Shown here: positions 38,466-47,852 of the stretch, one piece after another | Numbering within the stretch: the first letter of the stretch is position 1 | How the letters are laid out: each line of letters opens with the position of its first letter | Source of the DNA: an uncultured Fibrobacter sp. | Lineage (GTDB): Bacteria > Fibrobacterota > Fibrobacteria > Fibrobacterales > Fibrobacteraceae | Assembly: GCA_946402415.1 (NCBI GenBank) | Contig: CAMIWK010000001.1 | Location: 1 to 57,559, forward strand | Reading direction: 5' to 3' | DNA: 57,559 bases | Notes under the pieces: generated by a model | Databases searched by the model: none | What the model was told of the DNA's origin: nothing | What the model saw: the letters and a program-made list of their open reading frames with translations, nothing else | Translations under genes and position numbers: made by a program

Positions 38466-39923
38466 ATGAAGACAATGCAACTTCTTTTCGTTGGTGTACT
38501 GGTATGCTCGGCATTGTTATTGTCGGCGTGTACGCACAAGTCGCCTTCTGATACGGGGTCAGAGGATGATTTCCCGGTAAAACTTGTCCCTTCAAAAGAA
38601 TTGTCCACCAATTACACCCTGCTGGACTTGTTTTATATCTATGGACATACCCGTAACGAGATAGAGGATAGTGTTGAAGCCTACGTCGGTGAGGGCTCCG
38701 CTTTGGATAGCAAGAATGCTTTCGGAGAAAAGAGTTGTACCAAGGGGTACTTTGACGTGTGCTATATGTACAACCAGATGGATGACCCCTACACGCGTTA
38801 TTATGATCCGACATTGGCCCCAACAATACTGGCAGCTATTGAAGAATCCGAAAAAGGCTTGAAGATAGTTGGGATAGAATCTGCTCCCTATGATGAATTT
38901 GACGCGGAACTGTTTGTTGTGACATCGGTGACTGAAGGGGCCAGGAACTTCGGTATTCAAGAAGGCGACCTTTATTCTATGGATGACCTAATGATGGCCT
39001 ATGAAAAATATTCTGGTCAGGATACGATTATGCTGAGCATAGCTCGTCCGCTCAGTCCAACGGCATCTTCTCCGGATCAGTTCAACCTTGTTACGGTTAA
39101 GGTTGTTGTTGAAGAAACAGGCAGGCTTCCTACGGTATACCTTCATTACGAAGAAGATGGTATGGGCGATTACATACCGGTTATCAAGATAACGGAATTT
39201 GACAGTAAGACTTTGAATGATTCGGGTACTTATGGGGAATTTGCCGAAGCCCTGAAAAAGACAGCGGGGGCAAAGTCCACCATCATAGATTTGCGCAATA
39301 ACGGTGGTGGGGATACAGAACATTGTATCAATGCCGCAGGGGAATTCCTTTCTGCAGGAGATACTATTGTCATAGATATTTTTTCCGATATGGATTCTAT
39401 TTTGGTTGATGGTAAGCAGAAGTACATCCAGAAATTGGATACTATGGCTGTTGTTGCAGATGAGGATGGAAGTGCAAAAGACAGATATGTTGTCATACTT
39501 GCAAACGAGTGGTCGGCCAGTTGTGCGGAATTGATGCTTTCGGCTATTGCCTCCAATAAGAAGTCCCCTGTGGTGGGAACCTTGACTTACGGAAAGCAGA
39601 TTGCGCAGGCCGTGATTGCTAAGGGGGAGGAAGACGAGGATATCCCCATTGCCATGCCTGAAGGACTGGCAATTATTACGGCAATGTATTCCTATGATAA
39701 GGACTGGAAGCTTTACCATGATTTGGGAATAGTCCCTGATTTTGAAATAGAAACCAGAAAGGCGCAAATGGAAAAGGCTGTTGAATTGGCTAGCTCGGCG
39801 ACCTATAGGCGCACTGCTGGATATGGTACCGAAAGGCTTGGTCACTTTGCAAAGCCTGCTGCTCAGATTGGGGGAAGAACCTCACTGAAGGCCATGAAGA
39901 TGCGCTACAAGATTATCCGCTGA
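38466..39923 (+). CDS. S41-family peptidase lipoprotein
   Basis: Lipobox LSAC; DDPYTRY, IIDLRNNGGG, SASCAE, TYGK, GIVPD. Confidence 0.88.
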   Translation: MKTMQLLFVGVLVCSALLLSACTHKSPSDTGSEDDFPVKLVPSKELSTNYTLLDLFYIYGHTRNEIEDSVEAYVGEGSALDSKNAFGEKSCTKGYFDVCYMYNQMDDPYTRYYDPTLAPTILAAIEESEKGLKIVGIESAPYDEFDAELFVVTSVTEGARNFGIQEGDLYSMDDLMMAYEKYSGQDTIMLSIARPLSPTASSPDQFNLVTVKVVVEETGRLPTVYLHYEEDGMGDYIPVIKITEFDSKTLNDSGTYGEFAEALKKTAGAKSTIIDLRNNGGGDTEHCINAAGEFLSAGDTIVIDIFSDMDSILVDGKQKYIQKLDTMAVVADEDGSAKDRYVVILANEWSASCAELMLSAIASNKKSPVVGTLTYGKQIAQAVIAKGEEDEDIPIAMPEGLAIITAMYSYDKDWKLYHDLGIVPDFEIETRKAQMEKAVELASSATYRRTAGYGTERLGHFAKPAAQIGGRTSLKAMKMRYKIIR

Positions 39924-39927
39924 TTTC

Positions 39928-41316
39928 ATGCCCTCCCGCACCTACGCCGCCATAGACCTCAAGTCTTTCTTTGCCTCGGTGGAATGTATTCTTCGTGGCC
40001 TTGACCCTTTAAAGGCAAAACTTGTGGTGGCTGACGAGAGCCGTACCGAAAAGACCATTTGCCTTGCGGTGACGCCTGCGCTGAAGGCCTACGGGATTCC
40101 GGGGCGGGCGCGGCTTTTCGAGGTAAATCAGAAGGTCCGCGAGGTGGAACGGCGCACCGGCGAGAAGGTGGAATTCCTGATTGCAAAACCCCAGATGGCC
40201 AAGTACGTGGAGTATTCCACGAAGGTCTACAATGTATACCTGAAGTATGTAAGCGCCGAAGATATCCACGCCTATTCCATCGATGAATGCTTCTTGGACT
40301 TGACGAAATACTTGAAGCTGTATAAGAAGACAGCCAGGGAATTAGTGAAGACCATCATTCAGGACGTGCTTGCCACTACGGGAATTACGGCTACAGGCGG
40401 CATCGGCTCAAACCTGTACCTCTGCAAGATTGCTATGGACGTGATGGCTAAGCATGTGGAGGCCGATGCCGACGGCGTTCGCATTGCGGAATTGGATGAG
40501 ATGGGTTACCGTAGGCAACTTTGGTCTCACCGCCCCATAACTAGCTTTTGGCAGGTGGGCCGCGGGATTGCGGATCGCCTGGAAAAGTGCTACCTGAACG
40601 GCGGTCGGGGAATTTACACTATGGGGGACATCGCCCGTGTCAGCGTCAAGAACCCTGAAGGCCTGTACAAGCTTTTCGGTGTGAATGCGGAAATCTTGAT
40701 TGACCATGCCTGGGGTTACGAGCCTTGCACCATCGCTGACATCAAGAAGGCCAAACCCCGCTCCCGTAGTACGGGGGAGGGCCAGGTTCTGCAAGACCCA
40801 TACCCCTTCGACAAGGCCCGCCTTGTGGTCCGCGAGATGGTGGATACGGTATCCATGGCTTTGGTAGAACATTCCCTGGTGTGTAACGGCATGGTTCTTA
40901 CGGTACAGTACGACCGGGAGAATGTAGACAAGGGTATCTATTTTGGCGAGACGGTGCAGGACTTTTACGGGCGTACAGTACCCAAGCCCGCCCACGGCAC
41001 GGCGAACATCGGGTATTACACCAGCTCCCAGTCGGTCATGGCCGATGCCACGATGAGGCTTTTTGACAGGATTGTAGACCCGAAACTGACGGTACGCAAG
41101 CTGAACCTGGTGGCCATCAATCTGGCGGATGAAAGTCATACCCAGTACGACCTGTTCACCGATGTGCAAAAACAGGAGCGCGAAAAGAAACGCCTGAAGG
41201 CGGAACTGCTCATTAAGAAGCGTTTCGGCAAGAACGCCATCGTGAAGGGCATGGACCTGCAGGAGGGCGCCACCACCATTGAACGGAACGGTCAGATCGG
41301 AGGGCACAAGGCATGA
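39928..41316 (+). CDS. Y-family DNA polymerase (UmuC/UvrX/YqjW-like)
   Basis: AIDLKSFFASVE, YSIDECFLD, GIGSNLYLCKIAMD, FWQVGRG, C-terminal RFGKNA...GGHKA. Confidence 0.92.
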   Translation: MPSRTYAAIDLKSFFASVECILRGLDPLKAKLVVADESRTEKTICLAVTPALKAYGIPGRARLFEVNQKVREVERRTGEKVEFLIAKPQMAKYVEYSTKVYNVYLKYVSAEDIHAYSIDECFLDLTKYLKLYKKTARELVKTIIQDVLATTGITATGGIGSNLYLCKIAMDVMAKHVEADADGVRIAELDEMGYRRQLWSHRPITSFWQVGRGIADRLEKCYLNGGRGIYTMGDIARVSVKNPEGLYKLFGVNAEILIDHAWGYEPCTIADIKKAKPRSRSTGEGQVLQDPYPFDKARLVVREMVDTVSMALVEHSLVCNGMVLTVQYDRENVDKGIYFGETVQDFYGRTVPKPAHGTANIGYYTSSQSVMADATMRLFDRIVDPKLTVRKLNLVAINLADESHTQYDLFTDVQKQEREKKRLKAELLIKKRFGKNAIVKGMDLQEGATTIERNGQIGGHKA

Positions 41317-41531
41317 CCGACTACAAAGACATTGTTGACCAGCCCTACCCGAGGGACGATTGGAATTTTCTCATGAAGCACCCCCGCATGAGCATGGAGT
41401 CCCGTGCGAAGATTTTCGCCCCCTTTGCGGCCCTGCGTGGTCACAGCACCGCCCTGGCCAAGACGGCAGAGCAGAAATTGGACGACGTGGCCCACGAATT
41501 GACCCTGGATGACCAGGAATTCGGCGTGTAA
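41313..41531 (+). CDS. Short YolD-like accessory subunit of the Y-family polymerase
   Basis: HPRMSMESRAKIFAPFAALRGH motif; ATGA coupling to the polymerase. Confidence 0.75.
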   Translation: MTDYKDIVDQPYPRDDWNFLMKHPRMSMESRAKIFAPFAALRGHSTALAKTAEQKLDDVAHELTLDDQEFGV

Positions 41532-41542
41532 AACGGCTGTTT
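41530..41542. promoter_or_regulatory. Palindromic 13-mer AAAACGGCTGTTT upstream of GH9 (candidate operator, copy 1)
   Basis: Identical copy at 45762-45774 upstream of GH5. Confidence 0.4.
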
Positions 41543-41629
41543 TTCGCTGAAAACCGCTTTTTTATTTTGAAGCGCTTTGTTAGGATTTTTTTTCTAGGAA
41601 AAAGGAGTTTTTGAATATATATTTAAGTT

Positions 41630-43921
41630 ATGCGTAAAATTTATATTCCCCTTTTATTGGCAGTGGTCTCTGCAGAGGCTAGCCTGAGTTTCTATTACAA
41701 CCAGGCGGGTTACGATTCAGACGGTCGTGGTAACCTTGTCGTTTACAGCAGCGAGGAACTTGAGGGCGCTGAATGGCTTATTATGAAATCCTCTGATGGC
41801 GGGGCATACTCTGTGGAACGGGGAACTTTTACCGCAGGAATCAATCCCGATAACTGGCTTTCCAGTGGAAAGTATTATACAGTAAGTCTACCGTCAACCC
41901 TTCAGGAGGGGGAATATTACCTCTCTACTACTGAAGGGGGCGCGCCTTGGTCCGAAGTTGTTCCTTCCAATTCTGGGAAATTTGAAATATCGGCTGGCGA
42001 ACTCAAGGCCAAAACGTTGGGACCGGTGCTGGGCTATTTCCGCTCGGATAGGAGCTCTGCAACGTCACACACGTATGTATATGTGGGTACTTATGCCAGT
42101 GCTGGTGTAGATGTTCACGGTGGCTGGAACGATGCCTCTGGGGACTATGGTACCTATCTTTCCCACTTGTCTTATGCCAACTATATGAACCCGCAGCAGA
42201 TTCCGCTGACGGTATGGGCGTTGGCTTTTGCCAATGAGCGTATTCCCGCTGCAGTAGAGTCTGCTACAAGTGATGCGGAATTTGCTGTTGATGAAGCCTT
42301 GTGGGGGGCAGACTTTCTGGTACGCATGCAGAATGAAGCCGGCTATTTCTATATGACTGTTTTCAACCAATGGGGCCAGAGTTCTTCTTGGCATCTTTGC
42401 GCCTTTTCGGGAAGTGGTGGTGAAATGTCCAACAATTACCAGACGGCCTACCGCGAAGGTGGCGGCATGGCCATTGCCGCTCTTGCCCGTGCTTCCACAC
42501 TAGGGAAAGATGGCAGCTATACGGCGGAAAAATACCTGGAAGTTGCCAAGGCGGGTTTTGAGCACCTGGAAAGCAAGCAGACCCTGGGTGGGGAATGCTC
42601 TTATTGCGATGACGGAGTTGAAAATATCATCGACGACTATACGGCCCTTATGGCGGCAACGGAACTTTCCATTGCCACAGGCCTGTCCAAATACATGACT
42701 GCTGCTCGCAAGAGGGCGGAACACCTGATTGGCCGCCTGAGTGACGATGGCTACTTCTGGAGCGATAACGATAAGACCAGGCCGTTCTTCCATGCTAGCG
42801 ACGCTGGGCTTCCTGTGGTGGCTTTGCTTCGCTACATAGAAATGGAGAATAATATCGCATATGAACCCTGCCCGCCAGAGGCAAATTGCATCAATCCTGG
42901 CGAAGTCTTGATGAAAAAAGCCGCCGAAGTGGTCAAGAAACACCTGGATTGGATGATTAGCGTGACGGACCGCCAAAGCAATCCCTTTGGCTACGCCAAA
43001 CAGGTGGTTAAAACTCTCGGCAAAATCCAGACAAACTTCTTTATTCCCCACGACAACGAGACGGGATACTGGTTCCAGGGAGAAAATGCCCGACTGGGCT
43101 CCCTTGCCGCAGCGGCAGTCTACGCTTCCAGAATGCTCGGCTATGCGGATTCGGCAAAGGCATTCCAGTATGCTGCCGACCAGCTGGATTGGATTCTGGG
43201 AAAGAATCCTTACGGTTTGAGTTTTATGGAAGGCGTAGGGACGAAAAACTCCACGCGTTACCAATCATATTCAAATACGAAAGGCGGTATTGCCAATGGT
43301 ATCACCGGCAAGAACATGGATGGCTCCGGCATTACCTGGGATAACGTTTCGGATATTGCTGGTCAACTTGAGGCCTTACGTCAAGATGTTGCAGATTGGC
43401 AGACTTGGCGCTGGGAGGAACAGTGGTTGCCTCATGCCACCTGGTACCTGATGGCCCTGGCCACCCGCTATGATGAGCACCCGGTCAAGATTGTCGTTCC
43501 GACTTCCAGTTCCTCTAGCCAGGGCGCCAACAGTAGCTCCTCTAGCCAGACGGGTGGTTCTTCTAGCAGTTCTGCAGGGAATACGAATGTCTCTAGCTCT
43601 TCTGGAGATTCAGACACGGATATTGAGGATATTGACGAAAAGTCTTCTAGTTCCAGGAGCAGGGGAGGCAAGAAAACCGACGGCGTTTATCAGATTGCCT
43701 CCGTCGCAGGTTTCTCGGTGCTGCAGTCCGGGAATACCTTGCAGGTGTCCTTCGCAAGCCCTGCCCAGCGAAATTTCCGCCTGATGGATGTGCATGGCCG
43801 CGTGGTGATGAACATTGTCCTGTCGGATGCTGCCAATACTGTGCAGTTGACGTCCTTGCCTAAGGGAATCTACCTGGTGCATGTCCAGGGATTTGCCCCG
43901 AAGAAAATTGTGGTGAAGTAA
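41630..43921 (+). CDS. GH9 glycoside hydrolase with Ig-like N-domain, Ser-rich linker and secretion-type C-terminal domain
   Basis: NQAGY, DVHGGWNDASGDY, LDWILGKNPY, WRWEEQWLPH; tail LMDVHGR...LPKGIYLVHV. Confidence 0.9.
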   Translation: MRKIYIPLLLAVVSAEASLSFYYNQAGYDSDGRGNLVVYSSEELEGAEWLIMKSSDGGAYSVERGTFTAGINPDNWLSSGKYYTVSLPSTLQEGEYYLSTTEGGAPWSEVVPSNSGKFEISAGELKAKTLGPVLGYFRSDRSSATSHTYVYVGTYASAGVDVHGGWNDASGDYGTYLSHLSYANYMNPQQIPLTVWALAFANERIPAAVESATSDAEFAVDEALWGADFLVRMQNEAGYFYMTVFNQWGQSSSWHLCAFSGSGGEMSNNYQTAYREGGGMAIAALARASTLGKDGSYTAEKYLEVAKAGFEHLESKQTLGGECSYCDDGVENIIDDYTALMAATELSIATGLSKYMTAARKRAEHLIGRLSDDGYFWSDNDKTRPFFHASDAGLPVVALLRYIEMENNIAYEPCPPEANCINPGEVLMKKAAEVVKKHLDWMISVTDRQSNPFGYAKQVVKTLGKIQTNFFIPHDNETGYWFQGENARLGSLAAAAVYASRMLGYADSAKAFQYAADQLDWILGKNPYGLSFMEGVGTKNSTRYQSYSNTKGGIANGITGKNMDGSGITWDNVSDIAGQLEALRQDVADWQTWRWEEQWLPHATWYLMALATRYDEHPVKIVVPTSSSSSQGANSSSSSQTGGSSSSSAGNTNVSSSSGDSDTDIEDIDEKSSSSRSRGGKKTDGVYQIASVAGFSVLQSGNTLQVSFASPAQRNFRLMDVHGRVVMNIVLSDAANTVQLTSLPKGIYLVHVQGFAPKKIVVK

Positions 43922-43933
43922 ATTCACTCTTCT

Positions 43934-43959
43934 TGTCATTCCCGCGAATGCGGGAATCT
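43934..43959 (+). repeat. REP-like palindrome of the YGTC family
   Basis: TGTC-ATTCCCGC-GAAT-GCGGGAAT-CT. Confidence 0.85.
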
Positions 43960-43962
43960 AAT

Positions 43963-43990
43963 AAAAAAGCCCCCGATGTATCGGGGGCTT
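43963..43990 (-). terminator. Intrinsic terminator of the GH5 gene (possibly bidirectional)
   Basis: GCCCCCGAT-GT-ATCGGGGGC hairpin with A6 on the left, giving a U-tract on the minus strand; lies between convergent genes. Confidence 0.85.
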
Positions 43991-44013
43991 CGCTTGTATT
44001 CGCAATTCTGTGC

Positions 44014-45666
44014 TTATTTCAGGCGGATGGCCTTGACCATCTTCTGGCTGCCCTGACGGATGACCAAGAAGGCGGTGCCTTGGTAACTTGCTTTCAGCGA
44101 GACGCTGTTGGTGCCGCGGGCAGCGTTCATATCCTTGCTTGCAATGACCTGGCCCAGGCTGTTCATGAGAGTGATTGTTGTGCGACCTGCGGTAGTCGCG
44201 TTAAAGCTTGCTGTAACCATACCATTTTCAACAGAGAGATGAACGTTTTGGGAAATGGAAGTGGCCTTTGCAATGGTGGTAGATTGATTATCTGGATTTC
44301 CCTCGGATTCCCCTTCGGGATTCCCTCCGGACTGTCCTTCAGGATCTCCCCCGGATTGTCCTTCAGGATTGTTTCCGGAAGAACTGCAGCCTTGCGTCTT
44401 TTTTTCTATGAGGCTAGTTCCTTGAATTGCTGACAACCCATAGACTTCACGAAGGGCGTTGATAACGTCCAAGTCCACAATGGCACCGACGGTACCGTAA
44501 GATGACTGGCGCCTGATGTATGCCATGTTGTCATATTCATCTTTTTCATTACCCATGTCCCACAAGACGGGAACGTGGCCGTATTTTTTTGCTGCTGTCG
44601 CTACATCTTTGTGCCAAAGGACTCGCCCGTTCATATGGCGCTTTAGATCATCGCAGGTAAGGTCCGGTGTACGGATGTTTGCCCCGTATTCCCCGATAAT
44701 TACAGGATAGCCCTTGTCGGTAAAACTGGATTTCATATTGGAAAATTGTGTTTCTACGTGGGCGTTGGTGTAGTAATTCTGGTCCACGGAATGTGCCCAT
44801 GCGTTGTAGCCCGCATTCCGTTTAGGATCGGTCCCGATAAAGTCTGCCCCATAATAGTATTGGGGGAGGATTTCCTCATCAGCGCTCCAATTTTGTGGGG
44901 TTCCCATAAGCGTGTACTGGTAGGGGTCGTAGTAGTGGACTTCGAACATCAGGTAGCCCTGCTGATTATCCTTGTCGGTAGGGAACAGGTTCGTGGTTGC
45001 AAATTTTACGGAGTTGTCAATATTGGTGTTGGGCCCCTGGATAATCAGGGTGCGGGTTTCGTTGTTACCGCCTGTGGCACGTACCGCATTGACAAATGTC
45101 TGGTAATAACTCATAAGCGTGTTTACGTGTGCCTGAGTCATGTTCCCGTCGCCAATGTTGGAACCCGGTTCGTTCGCACCGGCAAAAAGCAAGTGCTCAT
45201 CGTAATCCTTGAACTTGGTTGCGATTTGGGTCCAGTAGTTGTTCAACTTGGTGTTGACGTTGTCATCGACACTTGTGCCGATATGCGTCTGGAACCATCC
45301 GCCGTTCCCTTCGTGGTGGATGTTCAAGATAACATAGAGGTTTGCGCTGATAGCGTAATCGACAACCGTTTTCACGGAATCCAGCCAGCTGCTGTTGATA
45401 ACGCCGCCGCTAGCGTGGCTGTCCCAGGCGCAGGGAATGCGAACGGTGGAAAAACCGGCAGCCTTGATGGAATCCATTAGGTCCTGAGAGGGGAAAGGGT
45501 TTCCCCAGCCTGTGGGGTTGCCTGGAACATCCATGGAGTTTCCGATGTTGAATCCTAGTCCCATGGGTTCTACCAGTGTGGACGCCTTAGGTAGGGCGGC
45601 TAAGGCGAACGTACCGCTGGCCGCAATGGCCAAGCCAAACACGGCGGTCTTTTTCAAGATATTCAT
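44014..45666 (-). CDS. GH5 endoglucanase with a repeat linker and basic C-terminal domain
   Basis: GFNIGNSMD, GFSTVRIP, ILNIHH, NEP (acid/base), VHYY, IIGEYG (nucleophile), WD; SD AAAGGA before ATG 45666. Confidence 0.92.
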   Translation of the reverse strand: MNILKKTAVFGLAIAASGTFALAALPKASTLVEPMGLGFNIGNSMDVPGNPTGWGNPFPSQDLMDSIKAAGFSTVRIPCAWDSHASGGVINSSWLDSVKTVVDYAISANLYVILNIHHEGNGGWFQTHIGTSVDDNVNTKLNNYWTQIATKFKDYDEHLLFAGANEPGSNIGDGNMTQAHVNTLMSYYQTFVNAVRATGGNNETRTLIIQGPNTNIDNSVKFATTNLFPTDKDNQQGYLMFEVHYYDPYQYTLMGTPQNWSADEEILPQYYYGADFIGTDPKRNAGYNAWAHSVDQNYYTNAHVETQFSNMKSSFTDKGYPVIIGEYGANIRTPDLTCDDLKRHMNGRVLWHKDVATAAKKYGHVPVLWDMGNEKDEYDNMAYIRRQSSYGTVGAIVDLDVINALREVYGLSAIQGTSLIEKKTQGCSSSGNNPEGQSGGDPEGQSGGNPEGESEGNPDNQSTTIAKATSISQNVHLSVENGMVTASFNATTAGRTTITLMNSLGQVIASKDMNAARGTNSVSLKASYQGTAFLVIRQGSQKMVKAIRLK

Positions 45667-45761
45667 ACTCAATCCTTTTTTGTTGTTATCCCATAGTAAA
45701 TATAACTTGAACCGCTAAAAATTCATAGGTTGGTTTTGTTTACGCTGTGGACATATTGTCC

Positions 45762-45774
45762 AAAACGGCTGTTT
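45762..45774. promoter_or_regulatory. Palindromic 13-mer AAAACGGCTGTTT upstream of GH5 (candidate operator, copy 2)
   Basis: Identical to 41530-41542. Confidence 0.4.
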
Positions 45775-45791
45775 CGTAAGAAATAGGTAAG

Positions 45792-46685
45792 TTATAGCTT
45801 GCTTTTGTATTCTGCAATGACCATTCCCGAGACGATTGCGACAGCCCCGGTCCAGGCCATGGGAGTGATGCGTTCTCCGATGGTCACAAGGGCTGTGATG
45901 ATGGTGACCAGCGGTATGGCGTAGATGTAGTTGCTGGCAAGGACTGTCCCGATTCTTTCAAGGACCTTGTTCCACACCAGGTAGCCGAACAGGGATGAGA
46001 ATACGGAAAGGCACAAAAAGTTCAGCGTCACCACGGGTTCGGCAAAGTTTGCCCACGGGATAGGGTGTCCGTCCAGGTATTCAAGCACCACTAACGGAAT
46101 GGAACTCACGAGGCTGTAGAAGAAGATTTTCCGCGTAATGAACAGGTTGCTGTACCGCCCGTTCAGTAGCCGAAGGCTTAGGGAATAGACTGCCCAGAAA
46201 ACGCCTGCCACCAGGGCGAGAAAGTCCCCTAGTGGCGAAAGTTTCAAGATGAACTTTCCGTTCAGTACCACCAGTACCATACCTACGAAGGTGAGGAGCG
46301 TTCCAAATATCTGGCGTTTGCATAACCTTTCGCTCTTGTAGAGAATGCTTCCGAAAATCAGAATCAACAGCGGGTTGGTGCACACGATGAGGGACACGTT
46401 GGATGATGGCGACAGGGACAGAGCCACGTTTTGCGTCCAGAAGTAGAGTGTGCCGCCAGCAATGCCGCTTATAAAAAGAATGAGTTCGTCCTTTGCGCTT
46501 TGCGCCCAAAGCTTGCGGTGGCACGCCAACAGAAGAAGTAGGTAGGTAAAGATAAACCGGATGAAAAACACCTGCACGGAGGTGAAGCCATGTTCCAGTA
46601 AAACTTTGGTGCTTACGAAGCTCGTGCCCCAGAAGGTCACGGTGATTATGGCCAGTATGTGCCAGATTGTAGCACTGTTTTTCAT
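45792..46685 (-). CDS. DMT/EamA-family transporter
   Basis: FWGTSFVSTK, about ten TMs in two repeats, GERIT. Confidence 0.9.
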   Translation of the reverse strand: MKNSATIWHILAIITVTFWGTSFVSTKVLLEHGFTSVQVFFIRFIFTYLLLLLACHRKLWAQSAKDELILFISGIAGGTLYFWTQNVALSLSPSSNVSLIVCTNPLLILIFGSILYKSERLCKRQIFGTLLTFVGMVLVVLNGKFILKLSPLGDFLALVAGVFWAVYSLSLRLLNGRYSNLFITRKIFFYSLVSSIPLVVLEYLDGHPIPWANFAEPVVTLNFLCLSVFSSLFGYLVWNKVLERIGTVLASNYIYAIPLVTIITALVTIGERITPMAWTGAVAIVSGMVIAEYKSKL

Positions 46686-46747
46686 CGCGAGAAATGTAGA
46701 AAATCAAAACAATTCCTATATTCCCTGCGTATAACCCGGAGTTTTTT

Positions 46748-47815
46748 ATGGAAATCAAATGGCTTAATCCCGATGCAAAGTTTGATCGCCTGGTTTTGGC
46801 AGGCGATATTGGCGGCACCAACACGAACCTCGGCCTCGTGGGCTACAAGGACGGCAAGTTCACGGTGATCCTCGAGACGGTTTGCCCCTCCAAGGATATT
46901 GACGGCCTGGAAGCCCCCATTCGCGAGACGCTTCGGATTGCGGCTGAGAATAGTGCTGACCTCAAGCCCAGCCACGTGTGCATCAGTGCTGCGGGCCCGG
47001 TGGCAAACAACAAGTGCGTCATGACCAACCTCCCTTGGAGCGTAGATGGCGATGCCCTTAGTGCTGCGACGGGAATCCCGACCCTTGTCATCAACGACTT
47101 TATGGCTATTAGCTACGGCATTCCCACTCTCGACGTGGATGACCCCAAGCAGATTTTCAAGCTGACCCATACTGACGGCAGCCAGCCCGTCCCGCAGAAG
47201 GCCACCAAGGCGGTTATTGGTCCGGGTACCGGCATGGGCGTTGGCTTCCTCGCTTTTGACGGTGAGAAGTACATTCCTGCTTCTTCGGAAGGCGGACATT
47301 CCACTTTCGCTCCCTTTGACAAGGATTCCCAGGAATTCCACGACTATATGGAAAAGAAGATTGGCATGGTCCCCGGCGTGGAACCTCTCGTGTCCGGTAT
47401 GGGACTGCGCAATATGTACGAATGGTGGAAGGAAACTCGCGGCGTTCCCGATAACGAGGCCTTCAAGAAGATCGAGGAGACCGAACCCAACGATCGTCCC
47501 AAGTATATCAGCCGCGCCAGCGATACCGACCCGGTGGCAGCCGAAATGATGCGCCTGTTCGTGAAGATGCTGGCCCGCTTCGCAAGCGATGCCGCTACGC
47601 TGTTCTTGCCTCTTGGCGGTTTCTACCTGGCTGGCGGTACGGTGCAGAAGGACTTGCGCTGGCTGGAACGCGACAATCTGTTCATGAAGTACTTTGAGAA
47701 GAACTACAACCCGAACATCCGCCCGCTTTTGAACAAGATCCCGGTGTACATCATCAAGGATTATAGCATCAGCCTGTACGGCGCTGCCAACGCCAGCCTG
47801 AACTTGCAGAAATAA
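46748..47815 (+). CDS. glk: Glucokinase
   Basis: LAGDIGGTN, AAGPV, MTNLPW, INDF, GPGTGMG, SEGGH. Confidence 0.93.
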   Translation: MEIKWLNPDAKFDRLVLAGDIGGTNTNLGLVGYKDGKFTVILETVCPSKDIDGLEAPIRETLRIAAENSADLKPSHVCISAAGPVANNKCVMTNLPWSVDGDALSAATGIPTLVINDFMAISYGIPTLDVDDPKQIFKLTHTDGSQPVPQKATKAVIGPGTGMGVGFLAFDGEKYIPASSEGGHSTFAPFDKDSQEFHDYMEKKIGMVPGVEPLVSGMGLRNMYEWWKETRGVPDNEAFKKIEETEPNDRPKYISRASDTDPVAAEMMRLFVKMLARFASDAATLFLPLGGFYLAGGTVQKDLRWLERDNLFMKYFEKNYNPNIRPLLNKIPVYIIKDYSISLYGAANASLNLQK

Positions 47816-47839
47816 CTTTAGGGGCTAATATTTATTTTC

Positions 47840-47847
47840 TAAATTTG
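47840..47847 (+). promoter_or_regulatory. -10-type box TAAATTTG directly upstream of the start codon (representative of a recurring motif)
   Basis: Same motif and spacing at 5024, 19880, 27459, 41618, 52759, 55935 (+) and 14668, 27416, 46698 (-). Confidence 0.65.
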
Positions 47848-47852
47848 GCCCC

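Noticed and set aside
39928-41531. Polymerase cassette as part of an ICE or prophage
   Set aside because: No integrase, relaxase, conjugation or phage genes flank it.
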